Positions 50,414-60,523 of a stretch of DNA of 64,000 bases are shown here, piece after piece. The stretch's first letter is position 1, and each line of letters starts with the position of its first letter. Below the pieces are notes generated by a model that had not been told where the DNA came from, did no database searches, and saw nothing but the letters and a program-made list of their open reading frames with translations. Source of the DNA: Gammaproteobacteria bacterium (GTDB taxonomy: Bacteria > Pseudomonadota > Gammaproteobacteria > CAJXQU01); contig CBDEGZ010000003.1 of NCBI GenBank assembly GCA_965238175.1, forward strand, positions 1,792,001 to 1,856,000, given 5' to 3'. The position numbers were made by a program, and so were the translations under genes.

Positions 50414-52150
50414 ATGACAACTCGCTATCTTTTTGTGAAAACTATTTTGATGGTTAGTCTTACCTTGGTTTGTATACAGCAATCAGGTTTAGCTGAGCAG
50501 AGTGAGAATAAAACATCGACCGGTTCAAAAGAAACTATGGCATACCATCAACAAATTATTGAGCTGAATAAGAGAAATGAGTCTGTCATCGCAGAAAAAT
50601 TAGATATACATCCAGTCACTGCAGTCTATAACCGGGAAGCGATCATTCCTGCAATGTGTTACACAAAAACCAAAGGGCAACACAACCCTTGTTATGTCTG
50701 TCATCAAAATCCTCAGCAAGATAGAGAAAATAAAATGGCCGATGGTGCGCTTCAGATCGCATACAGTTTTAGTGATGTGGGTTTGCAAAATCATTGGAAA
50801 AATTTATTCGAAGATCGAAACGAAAGAATCGATGCGATTTCTGATCAGGAGATCATGCAATGGGTCAATCAAGACAATTATTCTGAGTTGTCGACTCGAC
50901 TTGAAAATGCAAGTTTTAAAGGATGGATCCCCGATCTAAAAGATCTACAAAAAGGCGCAGATGCTTTTGATCAAAATGGGTTCGCAAAAGATGGAAGTTT
51001 GTGGGTTGCGTTTAGTTATAAACCTTTTCCGAGTACTTTTTGGCCGACAAATGGAAGTACAGATGATGTCATGATCAGACTCGATAAACCCTACCGAACA
51101 AATCAACAAGGTAAATACGTTAAAGATCTTTATATAGCAAATTTATCAATCACCGAAGCAAACATGAAAGGATTGAAATCTATTTCTACTTTGCCGATTG
51201 ATGAAAATGTGATCGGGGTAGATTTAAATAATGATGGGGATTTGAGTGTCATTTCAGAAATAAATAAAGTTGATCAATATGTCGGTGCAGCTGAGACGCA
51301 TTTTTTACAGCAAGGAACATATCCTCAAAAGACAGAGTTTTTACATACAGTACGCTACCTGGGTTTTAACGAAAAAGGTGAAGTAACGGTATCAAAACGA
51401 ATGAAAGAAGTGCGCTATCTTAAGAAGTGGGCTGCTCATCCCCTGGTGGCATTAACCGAATATTATCTTGAAGAAAGTTATGAAAAGGAGGCGGGAAATT
51501 TGCCCGGCTATACGAATCTTAAAGATCATGGTTTAGATAATGGTATGGGTTGGTCAGTGTCAGGTTTTATTGAAGATGCGCAAGGTCGCTTACGTACTTA
51601 TACTTTCGAGGAAAATCTGGCCTGTATGGGGTGCCATAATTCAATTGGTGCGACGATCGATAAAACTTTTTCTTTTCCAAGGAAAATTGATGGCGCAAAA
51701 GGTTGGGGTTATATCAACTTAAAAGGCATGCCAGATGCACCTAACAGGTCAGAGCAACAAGGTGAAATTCTTACCTACTTTAAACGTGTTGGCGGTGGTG
51801 GAGAGTTCAGAAGTAATCTTGAAATGTTCAAGCGTTGGTTTAATAAAGATGGAACAGTCAACGACAAAGCAGTGCTTGCGGCTGAGGATGTTTACGCATT
51901 GATCACACCGTCTAAACAAAGAGCTATAAAACTAAATAAAGCTTATAGAACCATTGTCGAAGATCAGGATTACATTTTTGGAAAAGAGGTTTTTTTAACA
52001 CCACCTTTAAATGTGTATGAGCAGATAAAGAATGAAACTTCCCCAACTTTGCCGGAAGAAAAATATTTTGTGTGGGATTTACGTCTAGATTGGTCTGCAA
52101 AAGAAAAATTCGAGAAGGCAGATCAAGCAATTGAGGTGAGTCAGAAGTAA
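50414..52150 (+). CDS. Exported uncharacterised diheme c-type cytochrome
   Basis: Signal peptide, two CxxCH motifs (CYVCH, CMGCH), FWPTNGSTDDV, Ca-loop-like DLNNDG. Confidence 0.7.
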   Translation: MTTRYLFVKTILMVSLTLVCIQQSGLAEQSENKTSTGSKETMAYHQQIIELNKRNESVIAEKLDIHPVTAVYNREAIIPAMCYTKTKGQHNPCYVCHQNPQQDRENKMADGALQIAYSFSDVGLQNHWKNLFEDRNERIDAISDQEIMQWVNQDNYSELSTRLENASFKGWIPDLKDLQKGADAFDQNGFAKDGSLWVAFSYKPFPSTFWPTNGSTDDVMIRLDKPYRTNQQGKYVKDLYIANLSITEANMKGLKSISTLPIDENVIGVDLNNDGDLSVISEINKVDQYVGAAETHFLQQGTYPQKTEFLHTVRYLGFNEKGEVTVSKRMKEVRYLKKWAAHPLVALTEYYLEESYEKEAGNLPGYTNLKDHGLDNGMGWSVSGFIEDAQGRLRTYTFEENLACMGCHNSIGATIDKTFSFPRKIDGAKGWGYINLKGMPDAPNRSEQQGEILTYFKRVGGGGEFRSNLEMFKRWFNKDGTVNDKAVLAAEDVYALITPSKQRAIKLNKAYRTIVEDQDYIFGKEVFLTPPLNVYEQIKNETSPTLPEEKYFVWDLRLDWSAKEKFEKADQAIEVSQK

Positions 52151-52220
52151 TGTGCTTTTTTGTTCTAAGATCATGAACCTAATATTATTTAAATACTTTT
52201 TTTAGTCTGACTTTTAAGAA

Positions 52221-52245
52221 TCAGGGTGTTTATAAAACACCCTGA
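52221..52245. terminator. Hairpin between convergent genes
   Basis: TCAGGGTGTTT-ATA-AAACACCCTGA. Confidence 0.7.
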
Positions 52246-52284
52246 ATACACAGTTTATTTAAAAAAAAGAAAAAATATTCGAAA

Positions 52285-53700
52285 TTAATTAGCTAAAATT
52301 TTCTCATTAACATCTCGAAGAGCCGTTCTTAAACCTTCTTCGATAACTGGATGATAAAAAGGCATATCGAGCATATTTTCAATAGTCATTTCATTTTGTA
52401 ATGCCCAGGATAATAAATGGGCTATATGTTCCGCTGCTGGCCCGATCATTTCTGCACCAAGGAATTTTCCTGACCCTTGTTCAGCATAGACATGCATTAA
52501 ACCTTTGTTTTTTAGCATGACACGTGAACGGCCCTGACTTTCAAAAGAGACTTCACCGGTTAATAAATTATCAACATGTTTTTTATTTAATATTTTCCAG
52601 TTCGGTCCAATGGTTGCGATTTGTGGGTCACTAAAGACCACACTTACTGGAACGCGTCGGAGGCCGGTATTTATGGTTGGATAATTACCTGCATTATCAC
52701 CGGCAATTTTGCCTTGATCAGCGGCTTCATGAAGTAATGGGATCTCGTTATTAGCATCACCTGCGATAAAGATGTGGCTTTGGCCACATTGCATTGTATT
52801 TTGATCAAATATGGGAATATTTCTCTCATCTAACTCAAGGCTAGTCTTTTCAATTTCAATATTATCGACATTGGCTCGACGTCCGGTGGTGGCTAAAACA
52901 TAGTCCACATTTGTTTCCTGAATTTGTCCTTGCCTGTCGGTGTACTTCAGGAAAACACTGTCACTGTCACGTCTCATTTCGAGAATTTTGCCTTTAGTAT
53001 CGAGATAAAACTCATCGGCAAATGTCTTTAGGCTGTATTCCTGAATATCAGGATCAGAAAGTGGCCCAATGGTCCCACTGCGTCCAAACATCAATACTTT
53101 CACGCCTAGACGATGTAGTGCTTGACCTAGCTCAAGCCCGATCACACCTGGTCCAAATACAGCGATAGATCTTGGTAAATCATCCCATTCAAAGACATCA
53201 TCATTAATGATCAGACGATCGCCGAGATCATTAAATGATTCGGGCCAGACTGGACGTGACCCCGTTGCGATAACAATTCTGTCAGCTTCTATTTGGAAAT
53301 CATCACCGTCTTCAGCCGTGACTTGCAGGGTATGATCATCAACAAACTGGGCATAACCACGTTGTTTATGTTTCGCTGGAATATTGTCTACAGATTCAAG
53401 TACGAAACCGACAAATCGATCGCGCTCACGTTTCACCCGATCCATCACTTCCAGGCCATTGATCTGGGTTTTGCCACCAGGATAGACACCAAAGCCGGAT
53501 GCTTTTTCAATGCTATGAGCTGCTTCGGCGGCGGCGATCAATAATTTACTCGGCATACAACCAACGCGAGCGCAGGTTGTTCCATAGGGACCACCTTCGA
53601 TCATGATGACATCTTCAGTATGAAGTAAGGCTGCACGAAAGGCGGATAAACCTGCCGTGCCTGAGCCAATGACAATCACTTCTTTTTTGATCTTATTCAT
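52285..53700 (-). CDS. Dihydrolipoyl dehydrogenase-like flavoprotein disulfide reductase
   Basis: GSGTAG, TCARVGCMPSK (CxxxxC), IATGS, GPGVIG and HPVIEE. Confidence 0.88.
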   Translation of the reverse strand: MNKIKKEVIVIGSGTAGLSAFRAALLHTEDVIMIEGGPYGTTCARVGCMPSKLLIAAAEAAHSIEKASGFGVYPGGKTQINGLEVMDRVKRERDRFVGFVLESVDNIPAKHKQRGYAQFVDDHTLQVTAEDGDDFQIEADRIVIATGSRPVWPESFNDLGDRLIINDDVFEWDDLPRSIAVFGPGVIGLELGQALHRLGVKVLMFGRSGTIGPLSDPDIQEYSLKTFADEFYLDTKGKILEMRRDSDSVFLKYTDRQGQIQETNVDYVLATTGRRANVDNIEIEKTSLELDERNIPIFDQNTMQCGQSHIFIAGDANNEIPLLHEAADQGKIAGDNAGNYPTINTGLRRVPVSVVFSDPQIATIGPNWKILNKKHVDNLLTGEVSFESQGRSRVMLKNKGLMHVYAEQGSGKFLGAEMIGPAAEHIAHLLSWALQNEMTIENMLDMPFYHPVIEEGLRTALRDVNEKILAN

Positions 53701-53871
53701 TATTGATCCTGTTAGTTTTTGGAGAGTTAGAATTATGATTACATAAATAAAAAGACAATATTAGTCGAGATAATGTTTTTTAAGTTTCATGAATTTTTAT
53801 CTCATCGCCGAAAAACTGCCAATATATTGTGATAGTATTACTCAACTTAAGGGAATAATGAGAATAATAAG

Positions 53872-55386
53872 ATGAATCTACACATTCGATGTTTGTCCTA
53901 CTTGGCTCTTTTTCTAGTAACAACTTCCGCCCAAAGTACAACTTCTCAGGAAATCTTTCCCATGCATTCTGGTGTTAGTTGGAGCTACCAATCTTCAGGT
54001 GGAAGTCACACGATAACCATACTTGACCAAAAGCATAATGTTAATGGTGTACTGACAACTGCAAATTCGTATTCAGATGGCAGTATCGAATACTACACAA
54101 ATGATAGTAATGGTTTGAGGCTACATAAATTAGCTAGCCCAGGCGATTTTGGTACAGATACAATCATTTTTAACCCTCCCGTTCAGCTGATTGATAGGAA
54201 CGTCATAGTCGGTGGTAGTTTTGTTTCAAATGGGACTGCTACAGCCACATATCCAGGCTATGGTGTAGCTGATGTGAGTTACACTGCTAATGCTGACATT
54301 ATTGACCAAGAGAATATTACAGTTATAGCTGGTAAGTATGAACATACTTATCACATGCGTTATAGAATTACCTTATTTGCAAACGGCGATTCAGAAACAC
54401 TCACAGTTAATCATTGGCTAGCACCTGGTGTTGGTCGTGTTAAACGTGATGCTACAGACTCAGATGGAACTAAATCTGCTCAACTTACTAGTGCAACCAT
54501 TCCGGTAACATCTCCTACACAGTTATTCTGGCACCATGCCATAACCGGTGAGACTCGACTCTATGAGTTAAATGGGCCTGCCATTACCTCCGAAACTAAC
54601 TTAAACACCGTGTCAGATATTAACTGGGCCATTGCTGGAACCGGTGATTTTGATGGTGACGGCGAAAAAGATATCTTCTGGCGTAATGGTGTTACAGGTG
54701 AAAACCGGATCGATTTTATGAAGGGGGCTACTGTTCTTAACAATACTCCAGTAAATACTGTCGCAGATACAGGTTGGAATGTAGCCGGGATTGCCGATTT
54801 TAATGGTGACAAAAAGGACGACATTCTATGGCATCATAGTGAAAATGGCCGGGTTTGGATGTATCTCATGGACGGAACAACCATCGTAGATAGCCAACAT
54901 GTGGCTTTTACAGCGCTTGACTGGCAGATAAAAGAAACCGGTGATTATGACGGTGATGGACGTGGAGACATATTGTGGCGCAACAGCACACATGGCCGTG
55001 TCTGGATGTACCTGATGAACGGTATTAGCATTCACACAAATGAACATGTAGCCTTTTCAGGAGCGGATTGGGATATACAAGGTACAGGTGATTTTAACAG
55101 TGATGGCAAAGACGATATTCTCTGGCGTAATTCACTAACGGGATTGAACTGGCTTTACACGCAGAACGGAACAAAAATTGAGATAAACCAAGCAATCAAT
55201 ACACTTGCCGATCTGAATTGGGAGGTGGTTGCTACAGAGGATTTTGATAATGATAACCTGGCAGATATTTTGTGGCGGAATCGAGCTACCGGAGATGATA
55301 TGTTGTATCAAATGAACGGTACAATCGTGATTGATGCAAGTATTGTTAATCAGGTTCCGGATCTGAATTGGGAAATTGTGAAGTAG
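53872..55386 (+). CDS. Secreted FG-GAP/VCBS-repeat protein
   Basis: Signal peptide, N-domain ending WLAPGVGRVK, five D(F/Y)(D/N)xDxxxDI(L/F)W Ca-binding repeats. Confidence 0.85.
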   Translation: MNLHIRCLSYLALFLVTTSAQSTTSQEIFPMHSGVSWSYQSSGGSHTITILDQKHNVNGVLTTANSYSDGSIEYYTNDSNGLRLHKLASPGDFGTDTIIFNPPVQLIDRNVIVGGSFVSNGTATATYPGYGVADVSYTANADIIDQENITVIAGKYEHTYHMRYRITLFANGDSETLTVNHWLAPGVGRVKRDATDSDGTKSAQLTSATIPVTSPTQLFWHHAITGETRLYELNGPAITSETNLNTVSDINWAIAGTGDFDGDGEKDIFWRNGVTGENRIDFMKGATVLNNTPVNTVADTGWNVAGIADFNGDKKDDILWHHSENGRVWMYLMDGTTIVDSQHVAFTALDWQIKETGDYDGDGRGDILWRNSTHGRVWMYLMNGISIHTNEHVAFSGADWDIQGTGDFNSDGKDDILWRNSLTGLNWLYTQNGTKIEINQAINTLADLNWEVVATEDFDNDNLADILWRNRATGDDMLYQMNGTIVIDASIVNQVPDLNWEIVK

Positions 55387-55566
55387 GTTCAAACTATTTA
55401 AAACTCTAAAGATAGGTTTGTATCGAAACCACAAATATCTGATAGCATAGTTTGAGTGAGTTTTTATGATTGATATGTGTGTGCTAGAAGTAAAAGATCA
55501 TTTGTAAACTGGTTTTGATAAGCTAAAAAGTCAAAGATTATTCACTCTGTCTCCCAAAGTTTATTT

Positions 55567-55687
55567 GTGTCGTAAAACTGTCGGGATACTGTGGTACGAC
55601 TATTTTTATTAGTGGAATAATAAAATGAATCTATATAGCATTCGATATGTAGCCTACCTAATTCTTTGTATTAGGAATGAACAATAA
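55567..55687 (+). pseudogene. Decayed paralogous copy of the upstream region and 5' end of the FG-GAP gene
   Basis: Aligns by eye with about 53805-53912. ORF 55625-55687 MNLYSIRYVAYLILCIRNEQ* resembles MNLHIRCLSYLALF. Confidence 0.6.
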
Positions 55688-56122
55688 ATCGCACCGACTT
55701 CGTGGATGGCACCTTGCATGTCAACAACGGAATCCTTATTGATTCGATAATAAGCCTTTGCCAGATTGATTAAGAATCATCCCACTATCCATATAGCAAT
55801 TTAGTCGATTTTTGGTCAATTCTTCGATTGGGGCCATTGTGGTGGCAGTGATTTAAGAGGAGGACGTTATAGATCGAGACTCTCGGGTCGTGCATCTAGG
55901 GTCTGGTTCTTATGCGTTATAGTCGGTATTTATATTTCCTCAAATTAGCCTTAAATTAGATTGTCACTTGCATAAAAATGAGATGAAAAGCAAATTTCTT
56001 ATAGCATGTTTTGAATAGATAATGTATTAGATAAAAGCCTTGTATAAATCACTTTCGATAACTACTAAAATTCCAAACGACAGGAGTCTCCACAAATAAC
56101 GATAGTTAGATAACATCATGCA

Positions 56123-57046
56123 ATGAATCAAATAAAGTTGATCATAATTTTATTAATCTTAATGGTGGTTATGTTGCCGGTTGGTTTTGTCCAGGCCGAG
56201 CTTGAAATTGGTGGTTTATGGGTATCACCGGGAAAATTAATCAGTGTTGGAACACATCGTTTGCATATTTATTGTAGAGGTGAGGCGAATGATAAACCTG
56301 CTGTCATTATAGATTCAGGTTTAGGTGGTTTTTCGTTAGAGTGGAGACAAATTCAGGATGAGTTGTCAGATAAGTTGCAGATCTGTACTTACGATAGGGC
56401 AGGCTATGGATGGAGTGATCCTGGACCTTTTCCAAGAACCACCAAGACCATTACAAGGGAGTTAAGAACCTTACTCAATGGCGCGAAAATAGCACCGCCA
56501 TATTTATTACTTGGCCATTCTTTTGGTGGCTATAATATGATGTATTTTGCAAAGTCATTTCCTGAAGAAGTGGCAGGCCTGGTTTTGATCGACTCTTCGC
56601 ATCCTCAACAAGCAGATTGGTTTCCCTCGGTTTACCCAGATCTTCCCGAAGGTAGACGTCGCACACGATACGTATCAACTGCAAAGTTACCGAATAATTA
56701 TCCTCAGGATTATCGAGAGATTGCCTATCATCTAATGAGTGCAAAAAAAGCACGTAATGCATTACGATTTGAGAGTATGAATTTCGAAATCAGTGGTCAT
56801 CAGGTTGGTCGAATGGGTAAGTTGCCTGAAATGCCCTTAGTGGTTTTAACACGAGGAGAACGTGCGTGGCCAAAAACACAAAAAGGTGAAAAATTAGAGA
56901 CAGTTTGGATTCGGTTACAAAATGAATTGGCCAGAATGACAGAAGGTTCTACGCATGTGACAGCAGATCTAAGTGGACATTATATTCATTTGGATCAACC
57001 TGTTTTGATTAAAGAAGCAATCTTTAATATTGTTGATAGACCTTGA
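56123..57046 (+). CDS. Exported alpha/beta hydrolase
   Basis: YDRAGYGWS, GHSFG nucleophile elbow and SGHYIH. Confidence 0.9.
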   Translation: MNQIKLIIILLILMVVMLPVGFVQAELEIGGLWVSPGKLISVGTHRLHIYCRGEANDKPAVIIDSGLGGFSLEWRQIQDELSDKLQICTYDRAGYGWSDPGPFPRTTKTITRELRTLLNGAKIAPPYLLLGHSFGGYNMMYFAKSFPEEVAGLVLIDSSHPQQADWFPSVYPDLPEGRRRTRYVSTAKLPNNYPQDYREIAYHLMSAKKARNALRFESMNFEISGHQVGRMGKLPEMPLVVLTRGERAWPKTQKGEKLETVWIRLQNELARMTEGSTHVTADLSGHYIHLDQPVLIKEAIFNIVDRP

Positions 57047-57089
57047 TCAACAGTAAGGGTGGATCCTGTTGAAAATATCATTGGTATGA

Positions 57090-57422
57090 TTCAAGGAACG
57101 TTTGTTGGTAGTTTATAACAATTCTAATCTGGGATATGCGACATTTTTCCTCCCCGAACGTTAGCGAACAAATGAAGCCTTAAAGTAAAGCCATAGAACC
57201 AGCAATAGTGCTTTTGCCTTGTCGAGTCAGGCCGAGGTAAATTGCCGACAGAAGTACCTCTGGGTATTCTCTCTGCCTGCGGCATTCACTTTATCATCGA
57301 TTTGAAAATACAGTTGCTCTAGACGATTCATGCTTGAATTCTGTCAAGTTATCATTTTCGTAAAATGATTTGATTGTGGCTTAAGCCTTGAGTTCAGCTT
57401 TTCTTATCCGCAGCTGAGATTA
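57090..57422 (-). mobile_element. Degraded, internally deleted IS982-family remnant
   Basis: Minus-strand fragments across frameshifts: MNRLEQLYFQIDD, GLTRQGKST and WFYGFTLRLHLFANVRG, resembling IS982 G..RGKS..GWFYGFKLHL..N..G. Boundaries are approximate. Confidence 0.55.
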
Positions 57423-57521
57423 GGTAATATGTTTACATGTAAAATAAATAAAGGTAAGCAGGAATGAAAGCTTAAATAGACTAGCTAGAATAGTGCATTC
57501 CAGCTAGCCTGTTCAAGTTTG

Positions 57522-58208
57522 TTATTTATTAATGCTAAGAAGCTCTATTTCAAAAATAAGTGTTTCGTTAGGGCCTATTGCAGCACCTGCTCCTGTTGGA
57601 CCATAAGCAAGATCAGAAGGGATAAAGATCTCCCATTTACCACCTTCTTTCATCATGGGTAACGCTTCTTGCCAACCTTTGACAACACCGCCTACATTAA
57701 ACGTTGCTGGCCCTCGTTCAGCTGAACTATCAAATTCGTGTCCGTCGATGAGTGTGCCGCGGTAGTGGACTGTCACTGAATCTGAAGTAGTCGGTTTTGC
57801 ACCTGTGCCCGCTTTGATGATGCGATATTGCAAGCCACTTGCGGTTGTTTTTACACTATCAAGCTTTTTATTCTCGTCAAGAAAAGCTTGGCCAATTTGT
57901 TTATTTTTGTCTGCCGCTGCCATTTGTTTTTGTTGCATCTTTTGTTCTTCTTTTGTCATTACTTTTTGTAATTCTTCAAGAGAGACACGTGGTTCTTGAC
58001 CATTGAGTGCATCTTTAAGTGCCATAATCAAAGCATTTTGATCAATGTCGACACCTTGTTGTGCAATACCTTGGCCTATTTGCAAACCAATCCCATAGCT
58101 AAATTTCTGGTTATCGGTGGTTAATTCTGCGTCTTCAGCTATTGCGACGGACGTGAATAGAAAACTACCTGTAATAAAGGAAGCGGTGGTAAGAAATTTT
58201 TTTTTCAT
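57522..58208 (-). CDS. FKBP-type peptidyl-prolyl isomerase (Mip/FkpA-like)
   Basis: Signal peptide, SYGIG, SGLQY, VHYRGTL.DG.EFDSS and IPSDLAYG. Confidence 0.93.
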   Translation of the reverse strand: MKKKFLTTASFITGSFLFTSVAIAEDAELTTDNQKFSYGIGLQIGQGIAQQGVDIDQNALIMALKDALNGQEPRVSLEELQKVMTKEEQKMQQKQMAAADKNKQIGQAFLDENKKLDSVKTTASGLQYRIIKAGTGAKPTTSDSVTVHYRGTLIDGHEFDSSAERGPATFNVGGVVKGWQEALPMMKEGGKWEIFIPSDLAYGPTGAGAAIGPNETLIFEIELLSINK

Positions 58209-58311
58209 GAGGTTCTCCTAAAAAAGTTTCGGTATCTTCTCATAGAGAATGGAAATATGACAAGATCTCGCTGTGTCTGATTGTGACTGATTCACGAAGT
58301 TCAGCGTAATT

Positions 58312-58851
58312 TCAGTGTTTTGTGGGCCGTTTCTGTAGTTTTCGTTGTAATGTTCGTCGGTGCATTCCTAATTGTCTTGCCGCTTCAGAGATATTTCCAT
58401 CGCACTCGGTTAGGACTTTTTGAATATGTTCCCAGCCAATTCGATTAACGGAAAGCGGCTTTTCTGCTACGGGTGTTTCACTATTACCTGCATGTTTATC
58501 AAATGCGGCAACAATTTCATCGGCATCTGCTGGCTTAGTCAAGTAATGTGTTGCACCTAGCTTGATCGCTTCTACAGCCGTTGCAATGCTAGCGTAACCA
58601 GTCAGAACGATAATTTTTGCATCAGGATTCACTGCATGGAGTTTTGACACCAACTCTAGACCTGATGGTCCGGGCATTTTCAGATCAAAAATAGCGTAAT
58701 CAGGTATTAACGTATTAAGTTGAATTAATGCGGATGGAACATCATGTGCTACAGTTATTGTGAAGTTTCGATCTACAAGTGCATCTTCCAATACTTCACA
58801 ATAGATTAAATCATCGTCAACTAATAGTAATTGATCTGAGCTATTCGTCAT
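58312..58851 (-). CDS. regA: RegA/PrrA/RoxR-family response regulator
   Basis: LTGYASIATAVEAIKLGA, WEHIQ.VL and NISEAARQLGMHRRTLQRKL. Confidence 0.92.
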   Translation of the reverse strand: MTNSSDQLLLVDDDLIYCEVLEDALVDRNFTITVAHDVPSALIQLNTLIPDYAIFDLKMPGPSGLELVSKLHAVNPDAKIIVLTGYASIATAVEAIKLGATHYLTKPADADEIVAAFDKHAGNSETPVAEKPLSVNRIGWEHIQKVLTECDGNISEAARQLGMHRRTLQRKLQKRPTKH

Positions 58852-58857
58852 CGTTTC

Positions 58858-60147
58858 CTATAGAGCGGTTAAATTATTTAATGGCAAGTTTAATTTTGCC
58901 GTTACACCAGGTGTATTGATTCTATTTTCTAAACTGACATCGCCACCGAGTCTTGTTAACGTCGCCTTTGCTAAATAAAGACCAAGGCCGAGACCTTTTT
59001 CAGGGGACTTGGTTGATAAAAATGGCTCAGCTCCAATTTTTTCTTCAAGGCCAGAGGATAAGCCTGTGCCATTATCCTGGATCACTAATTCAAGATTGTC
59101 TTCACTCCAAATACCTTCAATCTTGATCAAATCTGATGATGCATCGGCAGCATTATTCAGAATATTAATAATTGCTTGTGTAATTGTTTGATCAGCAATA
59201 ATTTCAGGTGCAGGTTCGGTTCCCTTAAACACGCTCTCAACGACAACTTCTGGTCTGATTTTTAACCATTCTTGCAGGATCTTTTCGAGATATTGATCAA
59301 TCTTAATTAATTCACCAGAATCGGCACGACTCTGTCCAGCAGATGCAGCCATTCTTGAGAGAATTTCTTTACAGCGATCTATCTGGCCTCGCAGCAATGT
59401 CATTTTTTTACTGATAGTCGGTGTTTCTGTTGTAGTTCTCTCAAGCTCTTTAGAGAGTATTGCGATGGTTGCTAGTGGAGTGCCTAGTTCATGAGCGGTA
59501 CCGGCCGCGAGCGATCCTAAAGCAACAAGCTTTTCCGATTCCAGTGCGTGTTCACGCGTTTCTGCTAATAATTTATCCCGTGCTTTTAGTGTATGTCCGA
59601 TACGTGATACAAAATAAGCGACTAATCCAGCTGCAAGTAAAAAAGCGGCCCACATGCCCCAAACGTGAAGTGCAAAACCATGCCCATGGTGTTGCCATAT
59701 CATCATGGGTTCGTAGAAAGCCATCAATGTTGTATAACAAACGATCGCAATAACTGCCGTCACCCAGATATAAAACGGACGCAACATTGCAGCTGCGAAA
59801 GTAACCGGTAACATAAATAAGGAAACGAAGGGGTTTGATGCTCCACCGGTTGAATAAAGTAACAGTGAGAGTGCAAAAATATCGACAAGTAATTGGATAA
59901 AAACAAATCGGTCTGAGACAACGGTTATTTTTTCTGCCCATCTCCAACTGACTGTGGTGAATAGTCCTAAAATGATCAAAACTGCGAAAACGGGAGTATA
60001 GGGAAAAGGTTGAGCAGAAAGTTTTGTGAGCATCCACAAAATTAATGCATGACCCCAAAATGCGATCGAACGTAGCAATAAAACATAGTGAATGCATAGA
60101 CAAGTTAGATCGCGAGAGCGCTCAGGGTATTTCATAATACGCGGCAT
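58858..60147 (-). CDS. regB: RegB/PrrB/RoxS-family redox sensor kinase
   Basis: Quinone-site GGASNPF, H-box AHELGTPL, redox Cys in RCKEIL, G-box GLGLGL. Confidence 0.9.
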   Translation of the reverse strand: MPRIMKYPERSRDLTCLCIHYVLLLRSIAFWGHALILWMLTKLSAQPFPYTPVFAVLIILGLFTTVSWRWAEKITVVSDRFVFIQLLVDIFALSLLLYSTGGASNPFVSLFMLPVTFAAAMLRPFYIWVTAVIAIVCYTTLMAFYEPMMIWQHHGHGFALHVWGMWAAFLLAAGLVAYFVSRIGHTLKARDKLLAETREHALESEKLVALGSLAAGTAHELGTPLATIAILSKELERTTTETPTISKKMTLLRGQIDRCKEILSRMAASAGQSRADSGELIKIDQYLEKILQEWLKIRPEVVVESVFKGTEPAPEIIADQTITQAIINILNNAADASSDLIKIEGIWSEDNLELVIQDNGTGLSSGLEEKIGAEPFLSTKSPEKGLGLGLYLAKATLTRLGGDVSLENRINTPGVTAKLNLPLNNLTAL

Positions 60148-60200
60148 GATTGTTGGCGTTTCATTATGATGAATTTATCATTCTGCCGAAGATTATACAC

Positions 60201-60232
60201 TGCGACAAAATGTCACATGCGACAATTTGCCA
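60201..60232. promoter_or_regulatory. Tandem RegA/PrrA-type binding sites
   Basis: TGCGACAAAATGTCACA and TGCGACAATTTGCCA resemble the GCGNC-(A/T spacer)-GNCGC RegA consensus; adjacent to regB. Confidence 0.7.
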
Positions 60233-60269
60233 TCTTGCATCTTTTTAAAACCAAATGTCTAATGGTTCC

Positions 60270-60375
60270 AGCGGTTATTTTAAGGAAAGAATACGCTAAA
60301 GCAGGCTTATCAATTAGTTGAAATAATCCCGATTTCCGAGGTAGTGACTCTCCAGTGGGTAATCGGGGTTTTTTA
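60270..60375 (+). ncRNA. Candidate small RNA (about 105 nt)
   Basis: Promoter-like TTGCAT-17bp-TCTAAT (60235-60263) right after the RegA boxes; hairpin AATCCCGATT...AATCGGGGTT plus T run at 60325-60374; no in-frame ATG-initiated ORF noticed. Confidence 0.4.
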
Positions 60376-60523
60376 CTTTTCTTACTGCTCTTCTATCCAC
60401 AAAATTCTTATAACTTCATTAATGCATCGTTGAATATCTATTTTCGCCTCTTTCTTTTTTAGTTTGATCACTATTTAGTCTAAAATGACGGAATACTATT
60501 TTAGGATTTGGGGAGAAGTTGGC

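Noticed and set aside
53730-53775. OxyR site upstream of the disulfide reductase
   Set aside because: The match to ATAG-N7-CTAT repeats is too weak against the AT-rich background.
57120-57350. Riboswitch-like leader with TTGACA, GGAGG and a short ORF on the minus strand
   Set aside because: No recognisable aptamer; it is better explained as IS982-like transposase debris.
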